Shown here: positions 27,008 through 36,715 of the stretch, piece by piece
How positions within the stretch are numbered: the stretch's first letter is position 1
Layout: every line of letters begins with the position of its first letter
Source of the DNA: a virus
Taxonomy: Duplodnaviria > Caudoviricetes
Length of the DNA: 64,000 bases
Strand: one strand, 5' to 3'
Virus record (IMG/VR): IMGVR_UViG_3300014208_000027
Span: 1-64,000 of that record
The notes under the pieces: generated by a model
Seen by the model: the letters and a program-made list of their open reading frames with translations, nothing else
The model's database searches: none
What the model was told of the DNA's origin: nothing
Position numbers and translations under genes: made by a program

Positions 27008-27409
27008 CTAGAATTTTCCTTTTTTCTTAAATTTTGTTTTTACTTCATTGGAAATGTTTTTATTTTGAGAAATCCAATTCCAATGAACTTTAGTTTGAAA
27101 CTCTCTAATAAAACCTTCGCTTAAAGTTTGATAATAGGAAACATTATACCAATCAACTTTATTTTGAAACTCTCTAATAAAACCTTCGCTTAAAGTTTGA
27201 TAATGGGAAACATTATACCAATCAACTTTATCTTTAACTTTGTTATCTTTTATTTCATATAATTCAATAGTAGAATTAGGGTATTCTATAACTTTTATAA
27301 TTTTAATAGAGGGATAATTGTCTCTACCTTCTAAAGTTAGAAACTCTAGAATAACAAGATGATTATTTTTGAACTTTACCAGATCACCAATTTCAAGTTT
27401 GCTTGACAT
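27008..27409 (-). CDS. Trp-repeat protein copy C: N-domain + two repeats + cap, leaderless
   Basis: Paralog of 2282..2890; start moved to MSSKLEIGD, promoter 27416-27443. Confidence 0.85.
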   Translation of the reverse strand: MSSKLEIGDLVKFKNNHLVILEFLTLEGRDNYPSIKIIKVIEYPNSTIELYEIKDNKVKDKVDWYNVSHYQTLSEGFIREFQNKVDWYNVSYYQTLSEGFIREFQTKVHWNWISQNKNISNEVKTKFKKKGKF

Positions 27410-27452
27410 GACTAAACTATAGCAGGTGGAAGGAGGAAAGCAAGAGGAAAAA

Positions 27453-29024
27453 TTAAATTGATAAAATAGCAGCTTCACAAAAAAGAATTGTTGTAGCAGC
27501 AGATATAGCATGTCTTACAGCACAGCAAACTACTTTGGTCGGGTCAATAATCCCAGCATCAAATATATTTTCTATTTTATCTGTTGCTGCGTTATATCCT
27601 AAATCATTTGAAAAGTCACACTTTGACTCTATAAGTTCTACATTCTTTTTAGCATTTTGAATAAGTTTTTTAAATGGTTCTTGGATAGCCTTTTGAACAG
27701 TTAAAATACCAAATCTAACATCTTCTTTTTCTATGCCTAGTAACAAGTTCTCCATAGAAGAAGAAATCTTCATTAAAGCTACACCACCACCTGTCAAAAT
27801 ACCTTGCTCAATAGCAGATCTACAAGCTTCAACAGCGTCTTCAATACGGTGACGCTTTTCTACCACTTCCATTTCAGTATTTCCACCAACATAAATAATT
27901 GCTATACCTGAAGAAAGTCTAGTAATTCGCTCTTGAGACTTTTTGCACTCTTCCATATCATCAGAATTTTTAATTAACTCTTTTAAATCATCAATACGAG
28001 TCTTAACTTTTTCCAGCTCTCCATTACCACCTACAATAGCAGTATAATTTTTCTGCACCTCTACTTTTTTAGCAGAGCCGAAATGTTGTAACTTTATATC
28101 TTTAATTCTAATACCACTTTCTCTAGAAATAAATGTAGAACCAGTGTTAATACATAAATCTTCTAGAATATTCCGTCGCTCTAAACCATATCTTGGTGGC
28201 TTAATAGCTACAATTTTCATATTATTTTTAATACTATTGAGAACTAAAGCAGCTAATGCTTGACCAGAGACTTCTTCGGAGATTAAAACTAGTGGCTTTT
28301 CGGTTCGAGCGGCAATCTCAAGAATAGGCATCATTTCTTGAACAGTGGTAAACTTATAATCTGTTACAAATACTAAGACATTTTCATGGTTTGCAGCTTG
28401 ACGACGTTCGTCAGTTACAAATTGTGGTGACACATAACCAGAATCAAACGTAAAACCTTCAATGATTTTTAATACAGTATCAGTAGTTTTCCCATTTTCA
28501 ATAATAACTGCCCCATCTTTGCCAACACTATCAATAGCTTCAGACACCATATTACCAATGGTAGAATCATTATTGGCTGAAATAGTGGCAATATTTGTCA
28601 AATCTTGTTTAGAAGTGATTTGTTTGGAATCTTTTTCTAGTTGTTCAATGACATACTTTCCGGCTAGTTCAATACCATCACGAATATCTAAAGAAGATAC
28701 ATTAGAAGAAATATATTTCTTCACGTTTTGCAGGAGAGCGTTAAGAAGAACCAAAACTGTAGTGCTACCATCACCAGCCAATGTGGCATTCTTTTCAGAA
28801 ATCTCCTGTGCTAACCTAACACCTAAATTTTCATAAGGGTCTTGAAGTTCAAACGCCTTAGAAACGGTATATCCATCTTTAGTAGCGATAGGTTTCTGTT
28901 CTCTTGGAGCGAGAAATACAGTGTTCCCTTTTGGACCAAGCGTCAAACTAACAACATCAGTAAGTTTTTTTATGCCATCAAATAGTTTTTGATAAAGTTC
29001 TGGATTAACCTTATAATCAATCAT
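27453..29024 (-). CDS. groEL: Chaperonin GroEL-like
   Basis: TLGPKG, TKDG, AGDGSTT, ISANND, GGG, GIIDPTKV; no GGM tail. Confidence 0.92.
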   Translation of the reverse strand: MIDYKVNPELYQKLFDGIKKLTDVVSLTLGPKGNTVFLAPREQKPIATKDGYTVSKAFELQDPYENLGVRLAQEISEKNATLAGDGSTTVLVLLNALLQNVKKYISSNVSSLDIRDGIELAGKYVIEQLEKDSKQITSKQDLTNIATISANNDSTIGNMVSEAIDSVGKDGAVIIENGKTTDTVLKIIEGFTFDSGYVSPQFVTDERRQAANHENVLVFVTDYKFTTVQEMMPILEIAARTEKPLVLISEEVSGQALAALVLNSIKNNMKIVAIKPPRYGLERRNILEDLCINTGSTFISRESGIRIKDIKLQHFGSAKKVEVQKNYTAIVGGNGELEKVKTRIDDLKELIKNSDDMEECKKSQERITRLSSGIAIIYVGGNTEMEVVEKRHRIEDAVEACRSAIEQGILTGGGVALMKISSSMENLLLGIEKEDVRFGILTVQKAIQEPFKKLIQNAKKNVELIESKCDFSNDLGYNAATDKIENIFDAGIIDPTKVVCCAVRHAISAATTILFCEAAILSI

Positions 29025-29027
29025 GAG

Positions 29028-29405
29028 CTAACAGTACTCCACAGATTCTAAGAATAAACTGAATTTATCTTTAAGTGTTTTCTTGGTTAACATCAAATTT
29101 CCAATATAGATTTTTAGTGTTAGTTTTTCAGATTCTTTAAACTTTAATATCTTTGTACTTGATGTTTTTGGCTCCATTAGTATGGCAGAAACTAATCTTT
29201 TTAATTGTAGTAAACAATAATAACTTTCAATAAGTGTCGCCACAGGGCTTTTAAGTTCCCAATTTTCTAGCTCTTCATTTTCTACATATTCTTGTAAAAA
29301 AGTAGACACATATACGAGTTTTTTATCTAAATTTTTAAATGTGTCTGTTAAGTCTGTTACTTTTATTCTATCATTTAAAAGTTCTTGAAACATTTTTTTC
29401 CTCAA
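29028..29405 (-). CDS. Hypothetical protein
   Basis: ORF track. Confidence 0.6.
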   Translation of the reverse strand: MRKKMFQELLNDRIKVTDLTDTFKNLDKKLVYVSTFLQEYVENEELENWELKSPVATLIESYYCLLQLKRLVSAILMEPKTSSTKILKFKESEKLTLKIYIGNLMLTKKTLKDKFSLFLESVEYC

Positions 29406-29605
29406 ATAGGGTACAGTTTATCCGCTTGCACATAGAAAATATTTTCTTCACATAGTATTTTATATTCCCATCCATTTATTCCCAGTACTAGACCAATCAT
29501 AGATTTTTTTAACGATAAACTTCGCAAACCACCCCCATCCTCTTGAATTACTTTACTCTCCATTGGAATATGAACCAAATCGCCTATTTCAATGTTATTC
29601 AACAT
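29402..29605 (-). CDS. Small SH3/KOW-like protein
   Basis: IEIGDLVHI..IGLVLG. Confidence 0.6.
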   Translation of the reverse strand: MLNNIEIGDLVHIPMESKVIQEDGGGLRSLSLKKSMIGLVLGINGWEYKILCEENIFYVQADKLYPI

Positions 29606-29849
29606 CTTTAAGAGAATTCACTTTTTGGTCATATTCTACAAGCATAGTATAACATTCTTCAGCCAACAAATCGAGAGAAATTAATTCTTCTCTAAGTTTT
29701 GAGATCACTTCCAAACAATGGTTCATCTCAGTTGTATTTTCAAATCCATAATATCTAATTTTGTCTAAAGATTGCTTGATAAGTTTACTCAAATGATTTT
29801 TTAAATCACTTTCTTGAACTGTATAAGTAATAGAAACTGATTTATCCAT
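29595..29849 (-). CDS. Hypothetical protein
   Basis: Promoter TTGACA-17-TACAAT 29879-29907, SD GAAAGG. Confidence 0.65.
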   Translation of the reverse strand: MDKSVSITYTVQESDLKNHLSKLIKQSLDKIRYYGFENTTEMNHCLEVISKLREELISLDLLAEECYTMLVEYDQKVNSLKDVE

Positions 29850-29909
29850 TAGTTGTTAGCCTTTCATAGACATAGTTCATTGTAGCGACAAAAGAATAAT
29901 TTGTCAAGT

Positions 29910-30938
29910 CTAAATGAGCGTAAATCTAACATTCTCTTGAAAAGACTTTATGTCTGTACCACCACCATAGGTAATACCAGACCTTAAAGCACCAGCATAT
30001 CGGTTTAAAAGAGATTCTGCTGATTCACCAATATCAAAATAAGACACTTTCCCTTCTGCACAGGTCAAAGGCTTTACTCCACCTTTCCATGAGTCTTGAG
30101 CTTTACTACTAGCCATACCGAAGTGAATTTTTTTTCTTTGCCCATCAACTTCTACAATCTCACCAGCAGATTCAGGGCATCGACAAAAGATACCACCGGC
30201 CATAACAGAACTAGCTCCACCACCTATGGATTTTGTGAAGTCAGATGCTTGTCTTATACCACCATCAGAGATAATAGGCATTCCATATTTTCTAACTAAC
30301 TTTCTATACTTATAAACGGTAGAAAACTGTTTTTCGCAGCAAGCAGCAGTTATCGCAGTAGTGCAAACTATACCATTGCTGAGTCCTACCTTTAAAGCAT
30401 CAGCAAAATCAAGTACTTCCATATACATTTTTTTATTATGAGTATTCCCAACAATAACTTTTACTCCAAGTTCTTTTTTAATCTTCCTACCAAGATCAAT
30501 AACTGGTTGACTATAACCATGAGCAATGTCAATTGTAATGATATTTGCACCAGCAGATACTAAAGTTTTTGCTAATTCAAATTGATTTTGTCCAACTCCT
30601 ACGGATACAGCTACCCATTCACATTCTTTAACAATTTTTTTTGTTTCCTCTACCATCCATTGAACAGGAGCAGCTCTATGTAAAATTCCAAACGCTCCAA
30701 GTTTATAAAGTTTAATAATAAATTCTGAATTTGTTGTGCTTTTCATGTTAGCAGCAACCAACGGTATTGGTCTTGTAACTCCTTTAATAATTTCAGATGA
30801 TATGTCAACATCAAGACGTGACAAGCATTTATTTTTTTGCTGCAAAATGGCTACATCATCAAATCCATAGGATTGTGGAAATGGCTGAAGTTGTTTCTTA
30901 ATACGCTTAATTAAACGTTTGACTTCTATTTGGTCCAT
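29910..30938 (-). CDS. IMP dehydrogenase/GMP reductase family (no CBS domains)
   Basis: YGFDDV, AANM, IDIAHG, KVG..G..CTT, SDGGIR, FGMAS, AEGK, LRSGITY. Confidence 0.85.
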   Translation of the reverse strand: MDQIEVKRLIKRIKKQLQPFPQSYGFDDVAILQQKNKCLSRLDVDISSEIIKGVTRPIPLVAANMKSTTNSEFIIKLYKLGAFGILHRAAPVQWMVEETKKIVKECEWVAVSVGVGQNQFELAKTLVSAGANIITIDIAHGYSQPVIDLGRKIKKELGVKVIVGNTHNKKMYMEVLDFADALKVGLSNGIVCTTAITAACCEKQFSTVYKYRKLVRKYGMPIISDGGIRQASDFTKSIGGGASSVMAGGIFCRCPESAGEIVEVDGQRKKIHFGMASSKAQDSWKGGVKPLTCAEGKVSYFDIGESAESLLNRYAGALRSGITYGGGTDIKSFQENVRFTLI

Positions 30939-30939
30939 T

Positions 30940-31800
30940 TTAATTCTCAAATCCTTTAAAAAACCGTTTACCATCCATTACAAAGATGCTTTTTTCTCTC
31001 TTTATCATTTCTCTTTTTTCTAAATCTGAAAAATAGTTCATATATTCTTGCCAATTATCAAATTTATGATAAAATGGTAGTTCAATAATCATTTTTTGTT
31101 CGCTCTCATACCTGGAAAAATCAAATATCTCTTCCATTCTTACAATTTTTTTATCGTCATTATTCTTTCTTTCCTGAATTACATCTCGCCACTTCTGCCA
31201 AAACGCTAAAAAATCTTCAAATTTTACCGTACACCCTAATAGTTCGAAACTATTATAGAAAGTTTTTCCGTTGAAGTCAAGTGCAAAATGTCTTTTAAAC
31301 TTTCTTGCAGCTTTCCAACAAGATTTTAAATTCTCTACCGGATAAACGCTATTAGGAAAAGAAAGATAATACTGGGTTGGTATTGTCCAAAGTGATAATC
31401 TTCGATATGCCCAGAAAGAAACAAGCATACTGTAAAGAATTTCATATAGCAAAGATTTTTTTTGAGAATCAACTGTGTCAATCGAGATATAGTGAATAGG
31501 AATAATTTTATTGCTTGGCGATAATACCCATTCACCCATACGAATTTTTAAGAATTTACCAATCTTTTTATTACACGTTACCCATATCGTATTGCATCCC
31601 ATTAAAGCGCATTCCATAATACTTCGCTCTATCAATAATAAATCATCAGATATAGGCATTAAACAATCATGCCAGGGCATTTTGAAAGTAGAGTGATAGC
31701 AATTTATAGGAACAATACCAACTAAGTGAAAAGCTAAGGCGTTATTCTTTACATAATCCGGTAGAAAATCACAAATAGTTAATTTTTTAACGTTTGACAA
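30940..31800 (-). CDS. Hypothetical protein, possible degenerate nucleotidyltransferase fold
   Basis: VGIVP..LMPI..IERSIMECALMGCNTIWV. Confidence 0.45.
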   Translation of the reverse strand: MSNVKKLTICDFLPDYVKNNALAFHLVGIVPINCYHSTFKMPWHDCLMPISDDLLLIERSIMECALMGCNTIWVTCNKKIGKFLKIRMGEWVLSPSNKIIPIHYISIDTVDSQKKSLLYEILYSMLVSFWAYRRLSLWTIPTQYYLSFPNSVYPVENLKSCWKAARKFKRHFALDFNGKTFYNSFELLGCTVKFEDFLAFWQKWRDVIQERKNNDDKKIVRMEEIFDFSRYESEQKMIIELPFYHKFDNWQEYMNYFSDLEKREMIKREKSIFVMDGKRFFKGFEN

Positions 31801-31810
31801 ACTTTAAGGC

Positions 31811-32530
31811 TCAAGTATTTTGATCATTTTTGACCAAGCCCATTGTAATAGGAAAGAGGTCTGTTAAAATTTCTTCTACAGCTTGTGCAACTACTCTAAT
31901 TTCCCACTGACTATGCTCAGAGTTTCGCAAGGTAAGAAAATGTAAAAGATTATTAAGATTACAAGTACCATAATATTCAGTGTAAAGATTCTGTGGCAAA
32001 ACCATCCTAGCCATTTCTCTAGCTACTTCTGAACTTAGCAAGGCTTCATATAGAGACAAACTATTTTTTACGTGCTGAGCAATCAAATCATTAGCAGATT
32101 GATTAGAATAGTTCTTCATATCAGGATGAAACCAATCTTCTACCGATGCTTGTTTATCTTTTTCGTGAGGTTTACGATACACTTGTGGCATATAAAATTG
32201 AATGTTTTCAGATGTATACCTCCTAGAAATTTCATTCGCCGCCCACCACTTCCAAGTTCTATGTCTAGCATGTTGTTGTTTAATAAACATTGGAACAGTA
32301 AATTTAAAGGTTACTCCGCAACTTTCTAGTGGACTGCTATGATGGTTATCCAGCAAATATTTTATTAACTTTACATCCTTATCTTTAATTTCTTCTATTT
32401 CTTTACCATAAGAAACTTTTGCAGAATTAAGAATCATTCTATCAGAACCATAATGTTGGATATAACTTACTTCACCAATATCATCACCACATTCTTCATA
32501 GAGTTTAATAATCTTCTTATAATCAGACAT
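31811..32530 (-). CDS. thyX: Flavin-dependent thymidylate synthase
   Basis: HSSPLE, RHR..NEISRRY, REMARMVLP, LRNSEHSQWEIR. Confidence 0.9.
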   Translation of the reverse strand: MSDYKKIIKLYEECGDDIGEVSYIQHYGSDRMILNSAKVSYGKEIEEIKDKDVKLIKYLLDNHHSSPLESCGVTFKFTVPMFIKQQHARHRTWKWWAANEISRRYTSENIQFYMPQVYRKPHEKDKQASVEDWFHPDMKNYSNQSANDLIAQHVKNSLSLYEALLSSEVAREMARMVLPQNLYTEYYGTCNLNNLLHFLTLRNSEHSQWEIRVVAQAVEEILTDLFPITMGLVKNDQNT

Positions 32531-33441
32531 TATTTTAAACTTTCCACTAAGGATTTTAGATCTATTCCTGCAATGTCCCACTTTTCTTTATTTTGATGAT
32601 AATGTCCAACAATGCCTCTATAGGTACAGTTTTGCACTTCGCTAGACACCTCATAGAGCCCGTTTCCATCCTTATCAAGTGGAGTATCTAGTGGAATGTT
32701 TAACCCCGTAGAAAGGGCTTTAAGTAGTACCTTAAGCGCTTCTATTTGAATAGGATATAGTCCTAGGAAATTTTTATATTTATGCCCATGGAAAGTTTGT
32801 GATTTAACAATGGGTCGTGAAGGCAATCCTTTGCTGGTATAATAAGAATTATATTTTGTCTCAATAGGATTACAAACTTCAATACCAACAGAATAGGAAT
32901 TAATATTTCCGCAATGTTGTGCGCTATATTGAAGGTCTGTTGACTGATAAATTGTTCCATCATAATCGATGAGAAACCCGATTGACAATCCTCGCCTTTC
33001 TAAAACTTTGAAACAATCATGAGAAGTTAAACAAACATCGTGGTGACAAACAATCATATTAATTGGATGTCCATGTCTTGGACGAATATTTTTTTCCGAC
33101 GCTGCTAGTGGTTTTCCACTGTATAAACCAATAAACTTATCCCATGGAATTTCAAAACTATTAGAACCATTGACAATATAGTTTTTTTGTTCCAAATTTA
33201 GAGATTTTGACTCGAACTTCTGCTTAACAAGTTCAAATTTTAATTGTCTATCATTGTTAATAGACCGAAATGTATTAGGACCACATAAACCATCGGCCCG
33301 AAGATTGTTATTTGTTTGATAATTTTTAATAGCTTCAGTTAAAGTTTCATTAAATTCAGAAGCCCCGAACCATTCAGGCAGCCATCCTAACATATTTGCG
33401 CTGGCTTTATTATAAAAAATAGGATCTTTAATTTCCGACAT
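32530..33441 (-). CDS. Endolysin: PG-binding domain + N-acetylmuramoyl-L-alanine amidase (Amidase_2)
   Basis: YQTNNNLRADGLCGPNT; VCHHD, GFLIDYDGTIYQ, SVGIE, GHY..KWD. Confidence 0.8.
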   Translation of the reverse strand: MSEIKDPIFYNKASANMLGWLPEWFGASEFNETLTEAIKNYQTNNNLRADGLCGPNTFRSINNDRQLKFELVKQKFESKSLNLEQKNYIVNGSNSFEIPWDKFIGLYSGKPLAASEKNIRPRHGHPINMIVCHHDVCLTSHDCFKVLERRGLSIGFLIDYDGTIYQSTDLQYSAQHCGNINSYSVGIEVCNPIETKYNSYYTSKGLPSRPIVKSQTFHGHKYKNFLGLYPIQIEALKVLLKALSTGLNIPLDTPLDKDGNGLYEVSSEVQNCTYRGIVGHYHQNKEKWDIAGIDLKSLVESLK

Positions 33442-33895
33442 CTTGACCTTTCCTTTTCTTTCCGCTAGGTATCCCACCGAAAGATTGTGATTTTTTTTTC
33501 TTTACTGCCCAAAAGTTTTTATTTTTAGGATCATCTGTTAGTAGCGTTGCTTCAATGTATGAATAATTTGTAGTTTTTTTAAATTTATAGGTATATAATT
33601 GCAAAAATCCATATTCATAAACTATTTTTTTGTTCCTTTTTTTACCCTTTGGTTTGTTAAGGTATTTTAAACATCCTTCAATTATTTCTTGTTCATTTTT
33701 TCCTAATACTAAATTTTCATTAACTCGAATATAGACACAGATAATCCAGTTATTTTTTTGTTCATCATTTAGCGAAAAGCTAGAACCATGATATTTTCCA
33801 CTTTTTAATTTTTGTTCCTCAATTGGTTTATATAGACACACATGTTGAGGAATTTGAACAAAAGAACATTCAATGGAATTTGTATTATCTTCCAA
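33428..33895 (-). CDS. Hypothetical protein
   Basis: ORF track. Confidence 0.6.
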   Translation of the reverse strand: MEDNTNSIECSFVQIPQHVCLYKPIEEQKLKSGKYHGSSFSLNDEQKNNWIICVYIRVNENLVLGKNEQEIIEGCLKYLNKPKGKKRNKKIVYEYGFLQLYTYKFKKTTNYSYIEATLLTDDPKNKNFWAVKKKKSQSFGGIPSGKKRKGQDVGN

Positions 33896-33997
33896 GAGAC
33901 TTCACTTTTCTAGATAAAATCTTTGCTAATTCTATTGTGGCAACAAAAAAAAGATTAATTGGAAGAAGTGGAAATCCAATAATTCCCCTTATGTTTT

Positions 33998-34204
33998 TTA
34001 AAATTGCCATGCTATATTTTCTGATCTAACTTTTATCTCGTTGTCTTGTTGTAATAAACCAATTAAACTTGATAGGTAGTTACAAAAATCTACATTTCCA
34101 TTATCCCCAATGAGATAAAAATTTTCTTTTACAGTTTGAAGTAATGTTTGAGTTACACTAATTCCAATATCAATATTTTTCCGCTCATTGCCAGTGATTT
34201 TCAT
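33998..34204 (-). CDS. Hypothetical protein
   Basis: ORF track. Confidence 0.55.
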   Translation of the reverse strand: MKITGNERKNIDIGISVTQTLLQTVKENFYLIGDNGNVDFCNYLSSLIGLLQQDNEIKVRSENIAWQF

Positions 34205-34219
34205 ATTATCATACTTTCT

Positions 34220-34495
34220 TCAGGAGTGCAATACTGATTCTAACATTCTTTTTGTTTCACTCGTTAATTTGTGTCCAAGCGATCGCAAACTCTCACTAAT
34301 CAATAATTTAACTTGTGCTAATGGGACATAAGTACTTCTATTCCAAGCACTATCTGGATCAAAAACAAATTCAGGTTTAACAGGCCCAGTTTCTTTAGTT
34401 ATGATTTCTTTTTTTTTACTTACACAAACTGCTTTATTATCTAAAGATGTTTTAGCTTCTCGGATAGTTTTAGCTTCGTCTTCATAATTTGACAT
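34220..34495 (-). CDS. Hypothetical protein
   Basis: ORF track. Confidence 0.6.
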   Translation of the reverse strand: MSNYEDEAKTIREAKTSLDNKAVCVSKKKEIITKETGPVKPEFVFDPDSAWNRSTYVPLAQVKLLISESLRSLGHKLTSETKRMLESVLHS

Positions 34496-34685
34496 TTTTA
34501 GACTTTCTAAAGTATTGTTTTAATTTATATATTTCAACATCTGCCAATAACTCCAAAAGAGTTTTAGGAAGCTGCGCTGAACTTTTTAAACATTGTTCCC
34601 ACCCGTCTGTTGAATAAATTCGTTGTTCCTCGTCAAAATAAACTTTAATTTTGTCGGTTGACATATTGTCAATATGGCAGAACAA
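34482..34685 (-). CDS. Hypothetical protein
   Basis: ORF track; start uncertain. Confidence 0.5.
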   Translation of the reverse strand: MFCHIDNMSTDKIKVYFDEEQRIYSTDGWEQCLKSSAQLPKTLLELLADVEIYKLKQYFRKSKNVKL

Positions 34686-35109
34686 TGATTTTTGTCAAGT
34701 GGGTAACAAACAAATTTATCCATTGAGCCATTTTGTTTTCTACGTGTATACAACCATGACTATGGTGAAAAAAATTTCCTTTCCATTCATTTTCACTACT
34801 TCCATGAATACTTTGTGAGTTTATTTTTACAGCCCAAGGCATTTTAGCTTTATTTTTTTTGTCTAACGGGTATAAAGAAGACCTGTGATATTTCGTATAT
34901 TTCACCAACGGATAAAATATTCCGTGTAGCGTTTTACAACCTCTATTAATGTCCGGGCAGTACCTTTTTCCACCACTCGCCAAACCAGTCTTTATTTCTT
35001 TACCATCATAATCATATGCTGTCCATTTAAAATGCTTCAAATCAATAACAATAGTTTGTTCTTTTGGTTGAGAATGAAACAAAAACAAAGAAAAAATTAC
35101 TATTTTCAC
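34669..35109 (-). CDS. L,D-transpeptidase (YkuD fold, EnhA-like)
   Basis: IHGS..HSHGCIHV catalytic motif; SGGKRYCPDINRGCKT; hydrophobic N-terminus. Confidence 0.8.
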   Translation of the reverse strand: MKIVIFSLFLFHSQPKEQTIVIDLKHFKWTAYDYDGKEIKTGLASGGKRYCPDINRGCKTLHGIFYPLVKYTKYHRSSLYPLDKKNKAKMPWAVKINSQSIHGSSENEWKGNFFHHSHGCIHVENKMAQWINLFVTHLTKIIVLPY

Positions 35110-35115
35110 AATTAA

Positions 35116-35172
35116 ACATTAGCAAAAAGTTATTATTTTGTCAATTGACATTTTTTATCTTTCTGATATGAT
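35116..35172. promoter_or_regulatory. Back-to-back divergent promoters sharing palindrome TGTCAATTGACA; both leaderless
   Basis: (-)TTGACA-17-TAATGT to GTG 35109; (+)TTGACA-16-TATGAT to ATG 35179. Confidence 0.75.
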
Positions 35173-35178
35173 ATAGTT

Positions 35179-35766
35179 ATGAACACTAAGTTGACGATTT
35201 TTTGTGATATGGATGGTGTTCTTGTGAATTTTCGAGATGCCGTCTTGGAACTTATAAATTATTCCTTATACAACAAAGAAATTTTTGATCCTTTTGAAAA
35301 AAAAATGACTGAAGAATTAACTAATATGTATTGTGGTAGAAAAATAACGATTGAAAATTTTCTAAAAGAAGACTCTAAAACACCTTATCTTTCTTATTAT
35401 ATGTTTTTTTTAATTCGTAACGCTATTAATCTTTGGGCAGACTTACCGTGGAATCCAGGTGGTAAAGAACTTTGGAAATATCTTCTTTTAAATTATAGAA
35501 ACGTTTGTATTTTATCTGCGCCTGCTGACGGTAAAGCATTTGAAAATTGTATTCGCGGCAAATGTCAATGGATAACTAAAAATCTTTGTTATCCTATTGA
35601 AAAATGTTACTTCTATAAAAAGAAATACATATTTTCTAATAAAAAATCTATACTTATTGATGATAGAAAAGATAACGTAGAACTTTTTCGACAAAAAGGT
35701 GGTTTTGCTATTCTTCATAAAGATGCAAAAACTACTATTTTAACCCTTCAGACATTTTTTCAATAA
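35179..35766 (+). CDS. HAD-family 5'(3')-deoxyribonucleotidase-like
   Basis: DMDGVL, ILSAP, LIDDR. Confidence 0.85.
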   Translation: MNTKLTIFCDMDGVLVNFRDAVLELINYSLYNKEIFDPFEKKMTEELTNMYCGRKITIENFLKEDSKTPYLSYYMFFLIRNAINLWADLPWNPGGKELWKYLLLNYRNVCILSAPADGKAFENCIRGKCQWITKNLCYPIEKCYFYKKKYIFSNKKSILIDDRKDNVELFRQKGGFAILHKDAKTTILTLQTFFQ

Positions 35767-35798
35767 TCTTTTTTCTTTTTATTCCGTCTAATTAAGGC

Positions 35799-36293
35799 AT
35801 GGACAAAACCTTACTTAAACAATTAATTCTTGAAGAAATGCAAAATATGGTCACTGAAGCCACAGTTGATCCTGCTCAGCAAAAAAAAATGGCTATTGAA
35901 AATGTTAATAAACACTTTAGATTACTTAAACTTTTGAAATCAACCATTAAACAAATTAAAATGCCTGATGAATTTAGTAAAATGTCTGAAATGGTTAAAA
36001 ACTCTAACACACCTTCATTTCTTTCGCAATTTCTAGGCGTTAAAGATGATGTACCTGTGAAAGTTGAGGCTCTCTTGACAAATCCACTTGGAGTAATTCA
36101 ATCCGTAATTGATGAAGTTATTGGAAGTGCTTATAAAAATGCCAAACAAAAATTAACAGAAGATAAAAATATTGTCGGCGGAATTAAACGCTTAGGATTA
36201 GAAGACCCTGACATGCTCAAGAAAAAACACGATAAGAAAAAGAAAACATCTACTATTAAAGAGCCTATTGTGGAAACAAGTGACAAAGATTAA
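35799..36293 (+). CDS. Hypothetical, possibly virion-associated
   Basis: LKQLILEEMQ start. Confidence 0.6.
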   Translation: MDKTLLKQLILEEMQNMVTEATVDPAQQKKMAIENVNKHFRLLKLLKSTIKQIKMPDEFSKMSEMVKNSNTPSFLSQFLGVKDDVPVKVEALLTNPLGVIQSVIDEVIGSAYKNAKQKLTEDKNIVGGIKRLGLEDPDMLKKKHDKKKKTSTIKEPIVETSDKD

Positions 36294-36295
36294 CA

Positions 36296-36715
36296 GTGAA
36301 TAATTTTCTTAAAGATTCTGCTAAATTAAAAGAACTTCAAACTCTTTTAATCGATTTATATAAATTTATAACTGAACAGCTATCATTTTCTCCTGGTATA
36401 TTAATTATTTTAAAACATGATGGTCAAAATGCGAGTAATCCACTAGGCAATACTGGATATTTTGACGTAGGCAACAAAAAAATAATTCTCTATACGACAG
36501 ATAGACACATTAAAGACATTTTAAGAACATTTGCTCATGAAATGTACCATGTATTTCAAAATTATGATGGCAAATTGACGGGTGAAGAAAAAACATATTC
36601 TTCAAAATATTTTCAAGAAGATCCTCATTTAAGAGAACTTGAAAAAGAAGCCTATGAAAAAGGAAATATATTATTCAGAACTTGGACAGAAAACAAATCT
36701 GGCAAAGAAAAATAA
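36296..36715 (+). CDS. Small zincin-like protein
   Basis: DILRTFAHEMYH..E..AY. Confidence 0.65.
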   Translation: MNNFLKDSAKLKELQTLLIDLYKFITEQLSFSPGILIILKHDGQNASNPLGNTGYFDVGNKKIILYTTDRHIKDILRTFAHEMYHVFQNYDGKLTGEEKTYSSKYFQEDPHLRELEKEAYEKGNILFRTWTENKSGKEK

